DNA from: Octopus sinensis
Taxonomy: Eukaryota
Reading direction: 5' to 3'
DNA: 64,000 nt
NCBI RefSeq assembly: GCF_006345805.1
Contig: NC_042997.1
Location: forward strand, 194,122,001-194,186,000
Each line of letters begins with the position of its first letter. Position 1 is the stretch's first letter. A model generated the notes under the pieces. That model worked only from the letters and a program-made list of their open reading frames with translations, had not been told where the DNA came from and searched no databases. The position numbers and the translations under genes are program-made. Positions 1-12,337 of this stretch are shown here, one piece after another.

Positions 1-179
1 CTAGCAGTTCCATGTTTAAACAATCCTATTATATTTTTATAATCAAAAATTATTCGTTAAGATTATTTGCCAACATAATGTGGCTGTCTTGGTTAGGACG
101 ATTGTTACTGTCATTTAGCCCCAGGAAACATCGTCTCCACGACACACTATCTGCGTCTTTATATTTTCGAACAAGGGAG

Positions 180-1045
180 TAGTAGTGGTGGTGGTGGTGG
201 TGGTGGTGACGGCGGTGGTGGTGTTTTTTTTATTGTAACGGTTGTAACAGATACAGCTATAATAGTGGTGAAGGTGGTGGTGGTGGTTTGTAGTAGTAGT
301 ATCAGTAGTAGTAGTGGTGATGGTGGTGGTGGTGCTCATTTTTTTATATTTTAGCGGTTGTAATAGATACAGCTATAATGGCGGCGGTCGTGGTATGAGT
401 TGCAGTTGTGGTGGTGGTGGTGATGGTGATGGTAGCGGCTGTGGTAGTAGGTTTGTGTGTGGCGGGCCCTCAGGGGTCAGTGTCCTGATAGTGCAGCAGA
501 CAGGTGCAACCAGCGATTGTGTTGACAGTTAATAGCAATTGCCTTCACCGGTTCACCGCTGTACATGCAGACATGCAAATAACAGATGAAAGGCAACAAG
601 GAAGTCACTTTATTCCCTTCACTGTCCAAGCTGTCTACATTGCTGCAGTTGTTGTTGTTGTTGCTGTTGTTGTTGTTGTTTTAGTTCCCAGATTCTGCTT
701 TGATTTGAGAAAACCTAACATGAAAGGCATTATTATTATTATTATAGCCAAGAGCATTTCGTCTTTTATTCGTATTGCACACGCAGACCGGGATCCCGTT
801 TCCCAATGTGTCCCTTTAGCTAAGACGGTAGGTTGTGATTTGAGGAAGAACTTTTTTTATGTTTTGCTGCTATTTCTAGCAGATCGTGCGACCACGTTGA
901 TGCGCTTCTGTTACTAGTTCTACTGACAGATACTACTACTGCTGGTGATACTGGTGGTGATATTGGATGTGGTGGTGGTGGTTCTGCTGCTGGTGCTGGT
1001 GCTACTGGTAGTGGTGGTGGTGGTGGTGGTGGTACTGCTGCTCTA

Positions 1046-1085
<40 letters not shown>

Positions 1086-1137
1086 ATGATGATGGTACAG
1101 CTGCTGCTGCTGATGATGATTGTTGTTGTTGTTGTTA
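180..1137. repeat. Compound trinucleotide microsatellites (GGT/TAG/GTT/GCT/GAT)
   Basis: Directly visible runs; they explain the poly-T/V/G ORFs in the track. Confidence 0.95.
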
Positions 1138-1696
1138 AGCAACAAGACGGATAAGGGTGATTAGGTGATGGTCTAGAGCTTAGGGGCGGGAGACCTCAGA
1201 CCTTGGGGGAAAAAAAAAACTTTGGTCGTCTTGTTGTAGTCGAGGGCTCTTCGTTGACGCCCGACACCACTGGGAGGTGGTGGCCCTCGAAGTCGCTGGA
1301 AATGGAGATCTCCAGGTCCAAATTCTTGAACGGCTGGTGGTGGTGGTGGTGGTGGTGGCAGAGGTGGCATTAGTGGTGATGATGGTGATCGTGGTAAACA
1401 AAGTGGTTTCAGTAACAGAATAGTAGTTGCTCTTTCTCTATACTTACCGTAAATGATGACATAGAAGGCGCACAGGCATAATAAAACGTACTCTAAGTTC
1501 AGCAGCGCATAATCAGGAAAAAAAGTTCATAGTGCATTAAAGCATGTAACAGAAGCCCAACTTCGCATATAGGAAGTATATCTTATATGTCGTCACTTAC
1601 AGTAATTCTTTGATGGAACTCCTACCTTGCCCCATCACATTGTTTAGAGAATTTTTAGGGTTGAGGATGTTGTTATGCTTTTGTCTTTGAAAAAGT

Positions 1697-1732
1697 CTTT
1701 TACGTTTTGAGGCTACGCTCTTCAACAGAAAG
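1697..1732 (-). ncRNA. Decayed minimal hammerhead-like motif in a Penelope-type repeat
   Basis: Minus strand reads cttt-CTGTTGA-a-gagc-gtag-cctc-AAAACGT-a-aaag; same family as 49688-49718, but GAAA is mutated to AAAA and stem II has a mismatch. Confidence 0.45.
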
Positions 1733-1802
1733 AATAAGAGGAACTAAACAGAGAGAGAATGGAAAAAAACTTGTAGGTTTCAGCGGTCCAAGATGGTGAA
1801 GC

Positions 1803-1873
<71 letters not shown>

Positions 1874-2458
1874 TACCAGTTGCGTACTGGAGTCGATCTA
1901 ATCGACTGGCGCCTTCCCCCAAAATTTCGGGCCTTGTGCCTAGAGTAGAAAAGAATATTTAAGGCGACGAGTTGGGAGAGACGTTAGCACGCCGAGCCTT
2001 GAGCCTAGAGTAGAAAAAGTTATGTATGGGTGATTGGCGTTGATCTAAAAAGATAAAAGATATATTGTTACTCTTTCACAGCGTCGACAGATTCGTGTCA
2101 TTTATAATCAAGCGAGACATAACACTGTTTGGTACTGCTTGCCTTTTACATAACGTGTTTCGAATTCTAATTTCTAGTATTTCATTTTAAGTGTATTTGT
2201 GGTATGTCGATATTGTTGTTGCTCCTTCTACTTCTTCTTCCAATCAGGACTCACGCCATTCGCTACAAAGAATAATCTCTAATTCGAGCCTACTCTAGAG
2301 AATGCGTGTGGCAACTTGAAGATCCACCCACCACACGCGATAGACTGGCGGTTGCACGGGTGCGAAAGCTACGTTGTTATCCTCATTCCGTAAACGGTGG
2401 TTTTTAAAGGGTGGAGAGCTGAACCATCCTGGGGTACAGAATATTCGCAATCTAGACT

Positions 2459-3015
2459 AGGGTCTGAAAGTTTGCCACACTATGGTTCCTCTGCTTTGTG
2501 ACAGAAGTAGGAAGAAAGAATGAGAGAAAGTTGTGGTGAAAGAATACAGCGGGGTTCACCACCACCCCCGCCGGAACCTCGTTTGGGAATCGAAACCGCG
2601 TTCTTACGACTACCCTAACCACTGGGCCATTGCGCCTCCACATTGTTGTTGCTGTTTGTTTGTTTGTTGAGCGAAGCGGTCTTCGTCCCATTAGTGGGAG
2701 AAGTCCGAAACGTGGTCCTTTGCTATTCGTAAGACCCGCAGAAGAGAAAGCACGCCAACCCCCAACACCAAGAGCATCGATGGATGGATGAATGCGCATC
2801 CAGGCTCAGCGGTTGCGTAGGAAGTCGGGGACAAGAAACAGGAAGAAAGAGTGAGAGAAAGCTGGAGCGAAAGAGTACAACAGGGGTCGCCGGCGCCTCG
2901 TGGAGCTTTAGGTGTTTTCGCTCAATAAACACACACAACGCCCGGGATGGGAATCGAAACCGCGATCCTCCGACCGCGAGTCCGCTGCCCTAACCACTGG
3001 GCCATTGCGCCTCCA
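2459..3015 (-). mobile_element. Two tandem tRNA-derived SINEs, family C
   Basis: Reverse complement of head ggaggcgcaatggcccagtggttaggg...gtttcgattccc ends at 2640 and 3015; the second copy carries tail type 3 ending in (CAA/CAG)n. Confidence 0.9.
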
Positions 3016-3091
3016 CTGTTGTTGCTGTTGATGAAGTTGATTAAGCTCCAGTTCAGTCTTGCTATCGAGTTGACTTATAATCAAAGATAGA

Positions 3092-3385
3092 GTGAAGTCA
3101 TGTGGCCAAGTGGTTAGGGTTTTCGGCTCACGATCACATAATTGTGATTTCGATACTCGGCGGTGCCTTGTGTCTCTGAGAAAGATATTTTATTTCACAT
3201 TTTATTCCACTCAGCTGACAAAATTGAGTAGTACTTGTATTTCAAAGAGTCAACTTTGTCACATTCTCTGTCACATTGAATCCCCCTGAGAGCTACGTAA
3301 AGGGTACGCGTGTCTGTGGTGTGCTCAGCCACTTGTACATTAATTTCACGAGCAGGCTGATCCATTGACTGGATCAACTAGAGTG
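3092..3385 (+). mobile_element. Degenerate SINE family C (tail type 1)
   Basis: gtggccaagtggttagg head plus tgtatttcaaag...gtgctcagccacttg tail shared with 9523-9906. Confidence 0.8.
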
Positions 3386-3473
3386 ACAAAATCAAAGGCA
3401 CTCAAGGTGTGACCATCCCGCCTTTCCTTTCCCGAGACACAGTGTATCATGATAATAATCTTACATACACTTA

Positions 3474-3785
3474 AGCTGGCAGAAACGTTAGCACGCCGGA
3501 CGAAATGTTTAGCGGTATTTCGTCCGCCGCTGCGTTCTGAGTACAAATTCCGCCGAGGTCGACTTTGCCTTTCATCCTTTCGGGATCGATAAATTAAGTA
3601 CCAGTTACGCACTGGGGTCGATATAATCGACTTAATCCGTTTGTCTGTTCTTGTTTGTCCTCTCTGTGTTTAGCCCCTTGTGGGTAGTAAAGAAATAGGT
3701 ATTTCGTCAGCCGTTACGTTCTGAGTTCAAATTCCGCCGAGGTCGACTTTGCCTTTCATCTTTTTGGGGTAGTAAAGAAATAGAT
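3474..3785 (+). mobile_element. tRNA-derived SINE family A (CORE-like body), partial dimer
   Basis: A box tggcagaaacgttag, B box gagt(a/t)caaattcc, body gcctttcatcctttcggg.tcgataaattaagtaccag, body restarted after the tail. Confidence 0.9.
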
Positions 3786-4430
3786 ACTAATCCTACATAC
3801 ACTTAAGTGTTCCTTTTGTTTGTAAGTCGGATGTGATATGAATTAGAAGTAGCTACTCTTTCTAGCAGCTCCCTCATTGTTTATGATGGCGGGATATGAT
3901 TGTCTTTTGTATTGCTTGCAAAAAAAGGAGTCGCCGGTTAATTGCTGTTGTTGTTGTTGTAGTTGTTGTAGTTGTTATTGTACTTTAGTCCCAGCCAACC
4001 AGTGGTGGAGCAAGAGTGTTGCCGCATGGAGCACCCCTCTAGTTTGCACCCCACTACTTCCCCGCCCCCGCCACTGCTGCCTCTATACAGGCTTGTATAT
4101 CCAAAAATCTCGCCCCCATAAAAAAGCGTTGCCCGGGAGGGGAGGGATCGGATCACTTCTCATCCCCCACCTAAGCTTATGCTACAGAAAGAAGCCAACT
4201 CAAATCCAGCTAACCTATAAACAAAATAATTCCAGCATGGTCTCTTCTCCCCACCGTCACTTTTAGCAATATTTAAGACTACAATACCTAGTGTCCCCAT
4301 CCTTTTATTTCAGGCGACGATGTTTTATAATTTAGCGCAATGGTTCTAAACTGAGGTCCATATGACTTTCGGGAGTCCTCATAAGATATCATTGTCGAAA
4401 CTTATCTGCAATAAATTGGTTAGGCGTAGG

Positions 4431-4699
4431 GGTGGCTGTGTGGTAAGTAGCTTGCTTACCAACCACATGGTTCTGGGTTCAGTCCCACTGCATAGCACCT
4501 TTGGCAAGTGTCTTCTACTACAGCCTCGGGCGGACCAAAGCCTTGTGAGTGGATTTGGTAGACGGAAACTGAAAGAAGCCCGTTGTATCTACTCACAAGA
4601 CTTTGGTCGGCCGGAGGCTACAATAAAGGTGCCACGCAGTGGGACTGAACCCGGAACCATGAGGCTGGGAAGCAAGCTTTTTACCACACAGCCACGCCG
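4431..4699. mobile_element. Inverted pair of SINE family B 5' halves
   Basis: 4431-4589 (+) gtggctgtgtggtaagtagc...gaagcccgttg joined to 4593-4699 (-), the reverse complement of the same 5' half. Confidence 0.9.
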
Positions 4700-4748
4700 A
4701 ACTTCCAGCAATTCGGCTTTGAAAACTATATTATCGTGCCAAATTTTA

Positions 4749-4962
4749 AATTAATAGTTTCCCTATACTAATATGGCAGTCTTATAGATATAAGACTAAA
4801 GCTGTTGCTGATTAGCTCCATGAGGCCATCGCCTCAAGCTAGCTATTTGACACACAAACTGCGTCCATTATAAACCTTCGAACAGGGGAGGTCAGCCGCT
4901 TCATCCTGCCAGTGAGACAGCTGCAGACATGTTTCATATTAGTATGGCGATAACTATTAATT
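4749..4962. mobile_element. MITE with ~30-bp TIRs
   Basis: aattaatagtt..ctatactaatatg versus catattagtatggcgataactattaatt; related to the palindrome at 17699-17957. Confidence 0.7.
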
Positions 4963-5407
4963 TCCAGTAACGCTGCCGTAATCTCCTTTAGAGAGACTTA
5001 GTAATTTTAATATTTCTATTACCAAATTTTAAAGTTTTCGATAAACTTTAATCTTTGAAATGCTGGCAGCCAAACCAATTAGATCCCGTGCGCTTTGTGT
5101 AAGTTTGCAGCAACAGTCTCGGAGAGGACACGCTTCAGAAACCAGAAATACGTTGAACTATGTAAAACATTAGAGAAAGAAACCTAATGGTTTTTTACAT
5201 AAAGATTTATGTACGATTTTTGTGTCTTGTCTAAAGCATAAAGATTTTCCTACGTCAGTCGTCGCTAAGCTCCAGAGTAGCCTTAATCGAGCAGAACTAT
5301 GATCAATCGATATGTTCCAGTTATTTTTTTATAGACCCTTAAAATAATACTTCATTTTTTTTGGGGGGGGGGGCAAGATTCTTTATGTGAATTCGTGTGT
5401 TGAAGCA

Positions 5408-5610
5408 TATTTTATTGTCTGGGGAGAGTCTTTCTCTTTTAGTGCCTTATTAATTTAACACACTCACCGGATTGCTTTCCACTCATTTAGTGCCTTGTTG
5501 ATTTAATTAAAGTAAAAATTAATAACTAAATGATTGAAAATCAAACCGGTGAGTGTGTTAAATTAATAAGGCACTAAAAGAGAATGGCTCTCCCCAGACA
5601 CAATAAAATA
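5408..5610. mobile_element. MITE with ~60-bp TIRs (family also at 26105 and 48083)
   Basis: tattttattgtctggggagag...acactcaccgg versus ccggtgagtgt...ctctccccagacacaataaaata. Confidence 0.85.
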
Positions 5611-6016
5611 ATACTGTAAAATATTCTAAATATACTATCTTGTATGCTTTGATTCCCAAATCTTATATCAATCCCCAGGGGTTATTTTGACCCTAGTTCA
5701 GGACCATTGATTTTGAGACAGATTTCGTTGCTATTTTGACCGACAACATAGAGCATCTTTTTGGATTTGGTAGAGAGTGTTCCTTAAGAGGATCATTGTT
5801 TTCTTGTTGTTTAGAATCAGATAAGCCCCGACTGAAGCAACCCTTTTAAAGATGTTCCACCTGTGACCATCCCATGTTTTCTTCACACAATATTATTTAG
5901 GACCCTTTATCTTAACGTGCTTTGCTATTTTTAAAGGCGATAGGGGTCTGTCTTAGCGGCATTTAACTGCTGTTTTAGAAGGTCGGACGACCGCATAGTG
6001 ACTCCAGCATCAAGGT

Positions 6017-6647
6017 AGTAGTAGTAGTGTAGTAGTAGTAGTAGTAGTTCTTGTTTTGGAGCGGTAGCAGCAGACATGAATGAATAGATTTAGTTGTTTG
6101 CTTGACGACGACGACGGCGACGGCACTGGTGGTGGTGGTGGTGGTGGTGGTGGTTGTGGTGATGGTGGTGGTGGGGTGGTGGTGGTGGAGGTGGTGGTGG
6201 TGGTGGTGGTGTTGGTGGTGGTGTGGTGGTGGGGTGGTGGTGGTGGTGGTGGGGGTGTGGTGGTGGTGTGGTGGTGGTGGTGGTGTGGTGGTGGTGGTTG
6301 TGTGGTGGTGGTGGTTGTTTTGTGGTGGTGGTGGGGTGGTGGTGGTTGTGGTGGTGTTGGTGGTGGTTGTGGTGGTGGTGGTGGTGGTGGTGGTGTTGGT
6401 GGTGGTGGTGGTGGTGGTGGAGGTGGTGGTGGTGGTGGTGTTGGTGGTGGTTGTGGTGGTGGTGGTGGTGGTGTTGGTGGTGGTGTGGTGGTGGTGTTGT
6501 GGTGGTGGTGGTGGTGGTGGTGGTGGTGGTGGTGGTGGTGGTGGTGGTGGTGGTGAAGGGCAGTCCTGATGATGGTTGTTATTGCAGCAACGGCAGCAAC
6601 AGGAGCAGTAGTGGGTCAGTAGGTACCCGACGTGGGAGGATGTAGAC

Positions 6648-6684
<37 letters not shown>

Positions 6685-6728
6685 TGGTGGTGGTCGTGGT
6701 GGTGGTCGTGGTGGTCGTGGTAGGAGTT

Positions 6729-6769
<41 letters not shown>

Positions 6770-6860
6770 GGTGGTAGGAGTTGTAGTAGTAGAGTAGTAG
6801 TAGTGGTGATGGTGGTGGTGGTGGTGGTGGTGGTAGGAATTGTAGTGATGGAGGGTTGTC
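6017..6860. repeat. Large (GGT)n and (TAG)n microsatellite block
   Basis: About 430 bp of imperfect GGT (6122-6556) flanked by TAG and GGT runs. Confidence 0.97.
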
Positions 6861-7250
6861 TAGCGAGATGCCGTGAAATAACCACCATTACTTACTTCCA
6901 ATCACTTACACCCCACCGCCGCCGCCGCTACCACCACCACCACCGCCGCCGCCGCCGCCACCAAACATCGTTCACCCCGTTAGTGGAATTCACTATCCTA
7001 ACCATATTGACAGATCCAGGGTGGTGACAGGCAGCGGTGGTGGTGGTGATGATAACAGTGTTGGTGGTGGTGGTGGTTGTGGTGGTGGCGGTGGTTAGGT
7101 AATAGAAAGCGGTTAACACGTGGTGGAAAGAAGGCAGGATACGGGAGAAGGGCAGAGTAAATGAGTTTGGGTCTATTTACTCGTGAAAGCAATATAAACA
7201 GTGTGTGCGTGTATACGTGCCAGTGTGTGTCCGTGTGTGTGTGTGTGTGT

Positions 7251-7291
<41 letters not shown>

Positions 7292-8289
7292 GTGCCTGTT
7301 TTAAGGCAGTGATGTGGTAGAATCGTTAGAGCGTCGAACAAAAAATGCTTCGCAATACTTGTTCTGACTCTCGATCTGCGTTGTGAGTTCGAATCCAGCC
7401 GAAGTCCAAATCGCTTTTCATCCCATTCGGGATTAGAAAAACTAGAGATACCAATCCAAGGCCGTGAATTAGGGAAAGGACTTCGGCCTGGATTTCTTGC
7501 CGTATTCACTTTGGCTCTTTACGTTCTAAGTTCAAATACTGCCATGTCCTACATGGTTGGTAACCTTAATCTGATCCTTTATCACCGTCATCTGGCCCCT
7601 CGAGTATCTTTAACGGAGTCCATTCTGTTGCCCACGGAAAAATATAAGATCCACAAGAAGGATTTTTGTACGTCAGTCGTTGCTAAGCCCCAGATCAGCC
7701 TTAGTCGAGCAGAACTATGATCAATATGTTCCAGTTATGACCATCGCGCCAAAAATTCAGAGCTAGGGTCAAAATAACCCCTGGGGATTCATATAAGATT
7801 TGGGGATCAAAGCATAGAAGATAGTATATTTTGTATTTACAGTATTATTTTATTGTGTCTGGGGAGAGCCATTCTCTTTTCAGCAAATCTAGCGAGCTCT
7901 CAACAGGCTGAACTTAAGTCATATCAGAATCAATATAACATTCCTGTTTGAACAAGGGAGCCTTTGTACCATCACTTCATACGTTTGATAACAGCCAATT
8001 CTCCCTCAAATCGCACCCACAAGTCATCTTTAGAAAAATGTGCGACTCCCAAATCCGGAATCATCTCGAAAGGAATCAGTTCAACTTTGCAAATGAAGTT
8101 AAGATTCTTCTACGTGTCTTTTCCTGATGATCGCGATTTGGGGCTGAAACGATATGAAAAATGCCAAGAGATATAAACTCGTTGAATAGATTTTCTGAAA
8201 CTTTGCTACTTTCGAGGTTCTGAGCTCCCAATAACTGAAAGCGGTCTTCTTTCTTTTTGAACTTTGAATACTATGAACGTTGTTTAAAT

Positions 8290-8522
8290 CAGGGGCTTTC
8301 AACCATTTTTTTTATCTATAAGATCCCTTTGATCTATAGCCATTCAATGTTTTAAACAATCCCATTATATTTTTATTATTAAATACTAATAGAAATTGTA
8401 TAAAAAGAATTAGAATATTTTGTGTATTGTAGAATTATAACCAATATATTATACATGAATTTTAACAAGAAAATTTTATAGAGACCCCCAGGGGCCGTAT
8501 GGATCCCGGTTGAGAACTGCTG
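8290..8522. mobile_element. hAT-type MITE with exact 8-bp TSD
   Basis: Ends caggggctttcaacc and ggttgagaactgctg; gtttaaat duplicated at 8282-8289 and 8523-8530. Confidence 0.88.
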
Positions 8523-9522
8523 GTTTAAATTAACAATGTAACGCATTTGATCATAAGTCTTTTCAAGCATAGGCTATGACCTGGGGCTAAATTACACAAC
8601 AAAAGACTTCTAGTGCTTAGATAGCATTCCTGATAAAAAAAATATACATTGCAACACTTTCTAGCCAAAGGCAGTAGTAATGACTACCATAGGGGCTGTT
8701 CAATCATAACTGTGACCTGGGCTTAAATTACATAACAATACAAGACTTCAAGTGCTTGAGTAGTGGTATTCCAAATATAATAGACATATATATTGCAAGA
8801 GTTTCTAACCGAAAACAGCAGTGTGATAACTACGTAATCAATACCATAAAGCCCCCATATGTGTTGACAAGCAACATTAAATGAGAAAACAGTACCTTGA
8901 ATATACATACATCTATAGATATAGCTTCTTCTTGACGCTAATCTCAGATCTGTTAAGTAAATCTACATCTCCTGTAGCTTCGACAAGGCTTTTATAAGAC
9001 GACACCCTCCTGTCTTACTTACCCCCGTCATCATACCACAGCTCTGACGCGTTCCAGCTAATCTTCATTTAACTAATCTAAGTTACCACACAGGTTCACA
9101 GCATCCGACCAAACATTAAGTTCTAACTTCGTATTTTCACAGATATTCGTGAGGTGCGTGGGGGAAAACAGAGGGTACAGCTGGTTCGGGTTTTGTTTTT
9201 GTTTTTGTTTTTGGTTCTCTTTTTGTGACATTTTTCCATTCCAAGCAGGTAATGTACCACTTATTTCGTGTTTCCTCGTAGACTTTCGTATTTTTTTTTT
9301 TTATCCAGACAATTCTCTGAACTAAGAGAAAAAAAATAGCTTAAAATCACCAGATCAGAGAATTACATAAAACAGGGGTTTTTTTCTGCTTCTTATAAGT
9401 TATATAGCCCCAGGTTAAACCTGATTCAGTAAAGCTACATTCCAAGGCGTTACAGCCGTGACTCTTCTATATTTTCTTCATGGATTCTCCGTCGGTTATG
9501 ACGATGGGTATTTAGTTGATGT

Positions 9523-9906
9523 GGAGGCGCAATGGCCCAGTGGTTAGGGCAGCGGACTCGCGGTCGTAGGATCGCGGTTTCGATTCCCAGACCGGGCGAT
9601 GTGAGTGTTTATTGAGCGAAAACATCTAAAGCTCCACGAGGCTCCGGCAGGGGATGGTGGTGATCCCTGCTGTACTCTTTCACCACAACTTTCTCTCACT
9701 CTTACTTCCTGTTTCTGTTGTACCTGTATTTCAAAGAGCCGGCCTTGTCACTCTCTGTGTCACGTTGAATATCCCCGAGAACTACGTTAAGGGTGCACGT
9801 GTCTGTGGAGTGCTCAGCCACTTAGACGTTAATTTCACGAGCAGGCTGTTCCGTTGATTCGGATCAACCGGAACCCTCATCGTCGTAACCGACGGAGTGC
9901 TTCCAC
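9523..9906 (+). mobile_element. Full-length SINE family C (tail type 1)
   Basis: tRNA-like head with A and B boxes, conserved body, tail ending gtcgtaaccgacggagtgc. Confidence 0.92.
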
Positions 9907-10074
9907 ATTTAGTCGATGGAGCAACTTTATTCCTACTCGTAAAACTAACGTGTGACACTGGCACCATAACGTAATTCTCACATTAAATCGGTAAACCAAG
10001 CTGGATTTTTGATGTACAATTCACATTCCAGAGAGTCAGAGACAGGAAACAGAAAACACCACAATATTGGTTTC

Positions 10075-10306
10075 ATATTTTGGTACAAGGTCAACAATTT
10101 CGAGGAAGGGGATTAAATCGATTACATCTACCCCAGTGTACAACTGGTACTTATTTTATCGACCCCGAAAGGATGAAAAGCAAAATCGACCCCGAAAGGA
10201 TAAAAAGCAATGTCGATCCCGAAAGGTTGTAAAGCAAAGTCGACCCCGAAAGAATGGAAAATAAAGTCGACTCCGAAAGGATAAGAAGCAAAGTCGACCC
10301 CGACGG
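10075..10306 (-). mobile_element. SINE family A 3' part with internal 27-bp minisatellite expansion
   Basis: Units start at 10159, 10186, 10213, 10240, 10267 and 10294 (tcgaccccgaaaggatgaaaagcaaa[a/g]). Confidence 0.9.
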
Positions 10307-10346
10307 TAATCCAGTAATACAGGTAGCCCTTTATTATATTGATTTC

Positions 10347-10557
10347 AAATTTTTTACTTAAGGCCAGTAATTTCGTGGGAGGTATAAATCGATTACATTG
10401 AACCCAGTGTTCAACTAGTACTTATTCTATCAACCCCGAAAGGATGAAGGGCAAAGTCGACCCCGGCGACATTTGAACTCGAAGTGTAAAGTCGGAAGAA
10501 ATTCCGCTAAGTATTTTTTCCTGCGCGGTGACGATTCTACCAGTCTGCCGCTTTAGA
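10347..10557 (-). mobile_element. SINE family A
   Basis: Reverse complement of the family A head, body and tail. Confidence 0.85.
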
Positions 10558-12337
10558 AACGACCCTAATATTAAACTGGTGTTTTAGTGATCGACCCCAC
10601 AGTGGAGTAGCTAGTGTGTGTGTGCGTGCCGCTCGGTACAGCCCTCGAGTTTAACGGCCACACCACCCCTTATACGGGTTTATACGGCTGACCCAAAAAT
10701 GCCACCTCCTTAAAAACGTCTCCTAGTGTGGACTGCAACTGTCGTCCCACTAACTACACAACTGATTGGGCTGATTGGGCTACTCAAGTAAACTAATGAT
10801 CAAAAGTAGTCCAACGATGCCCATCACATTGTATTTATGGTTATCTACGACTACATTTCCCAGTATGTCCTCTCTGTTTTATGAGGGTCAGATTCGATTT
10901 GAGAAGGATTCGTTGCTATTTCTTGTAAGACGAGCTACCACAAAGAGGCAACCTGTACGAGTGTATGAAGGTATCTGAGTGTGAATGTGTGTGTGTGTGT
11001 GTGTGTGTGTGTGATTATCATCTGCACATCTGTGCGTGTGTGTGAGTGTATGCAAAGGTGTGCGTGTCAGTGTGTGTGTGTGTCAAGAAATGTCAATACA
11101 ATCTATAATTATATAAATAATATCACAATTTTCCTGTCTGATGTCATCCGAGTTGAAATTCTCCTTTCGTTAGTGTGAAAGAGGACACAGTTACGAGTGA
11201 GAGTACGTGTGCGTACACACACCGCATTCACACATTCACACATTCATATGTATGCGCGTGCGCGTGAAAGAGAGAAAGAGAGAGTATGGTAAAAGAGAAA
11301 GCGGTAGGGAGAGTGAGGACAAAAGCGGAGATGGTGAATGATTGTTCTATATTTGTGAATGAAGCTTCATTGAATTCTTATAGTTATGACTAATCGCCAC
11401 TGACACTTGATATCGAAAACTAAATCCGTCTGACACCGGTATGTTCCCTCTCTCGTTCATTCATTCCTTTTAAGCTACTATTATTATATCTTTTGTGTTG
11501 GGACGACCTTGTGTCATATATATATATATATATAATACATACATATATAAAAATTTATATGAGAGCTTATTAGTACAGTTACATAGGCGACGAACTGACT
11601 GAATTTTAAGCACGCCGGACAAAATTCTCAATGGCATTTCGTCCTAAATTCTGTTGAGGTCGATCTTGCATTTCATCCTTTCGGGGACAATAAAACAAGT
11701 ACGATGATGTGGGGCGATACAATTGATTAACCCTCTCCCTCAAAAACCTCAAGCCTTCTGCTTTTGGTGGAAATGATATTAGTATAGGTACAACACCCAG
11801 TTTCCGGATGCTGATGGCCCAGAACCTTCTAATAAACCGAACTAATTTACACTAATGTACAGGTACTTGTATTTAATTTAATCAATTAAGCTCAATATTT
11901 GTTTAATTTAGAGTGTATTGACCAAGGTGACCACCTCTGGTTCGGAAAAATCAGTGCTAAAAGTTCCGGGACGTCGGTGTTGTACCGGTGACTTGATCTC
12001 AAGACCTCTGGATAGCAGGGTTTTATTTACGAAAATTGGGTTTCCGTGGGGTATAAGTGACCCAGATCACAACATTGCCCATCAGCGGGACGCCAGTCTG
12101 TTGCTGCGCTTAAAGCCAGTAATTTTAAGGGGAAGGGAAAAGTAGATTACATGGACCCTAGTGCTAGATTAAAACTTTATTTTATCGACTACGAATGGAG
12201 GAAAACTGACTATGGCGGAATTTGAACTCAGAACGTAAAGAGACGAAAAAAATGCCACTAAACTATTATGGCTCGGTGTAACCATTCCGCCAGTTCGCCT
12301 CCCTTTTTGTAGTCCGAGATAAGACTAGAAAGACAAG

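Noticed and set aside
1441-1530. Minus-strand gtaagta donor after a hydrophobic stretch (YALLNLEYVLLCLCAFYVIIY)
   Set aside because: No in-frame ATG after the upstream stop and no convincing acceptor
6080-6645. Long ORFs rich in G/V/W, and similar IY, MYVC, LSIY and poly-D/S/I ORFs across the window
   Set aside because: Translations of stop-free microsatellites; no splice or domain support
9523-9598. tRNA gene (also other SINE heads, and ~51630-51690)
   Set aside because: A and B boxes present but no paired acceptor stem; they continue into SINE bodies
10159-10306. CRISPR-like array (27-bp repeats; also the 103-bp repeats at 28521)
   Set aside because: Units are contiguous with no unique spacers, there are no cas genes, and the context is eukaryotic
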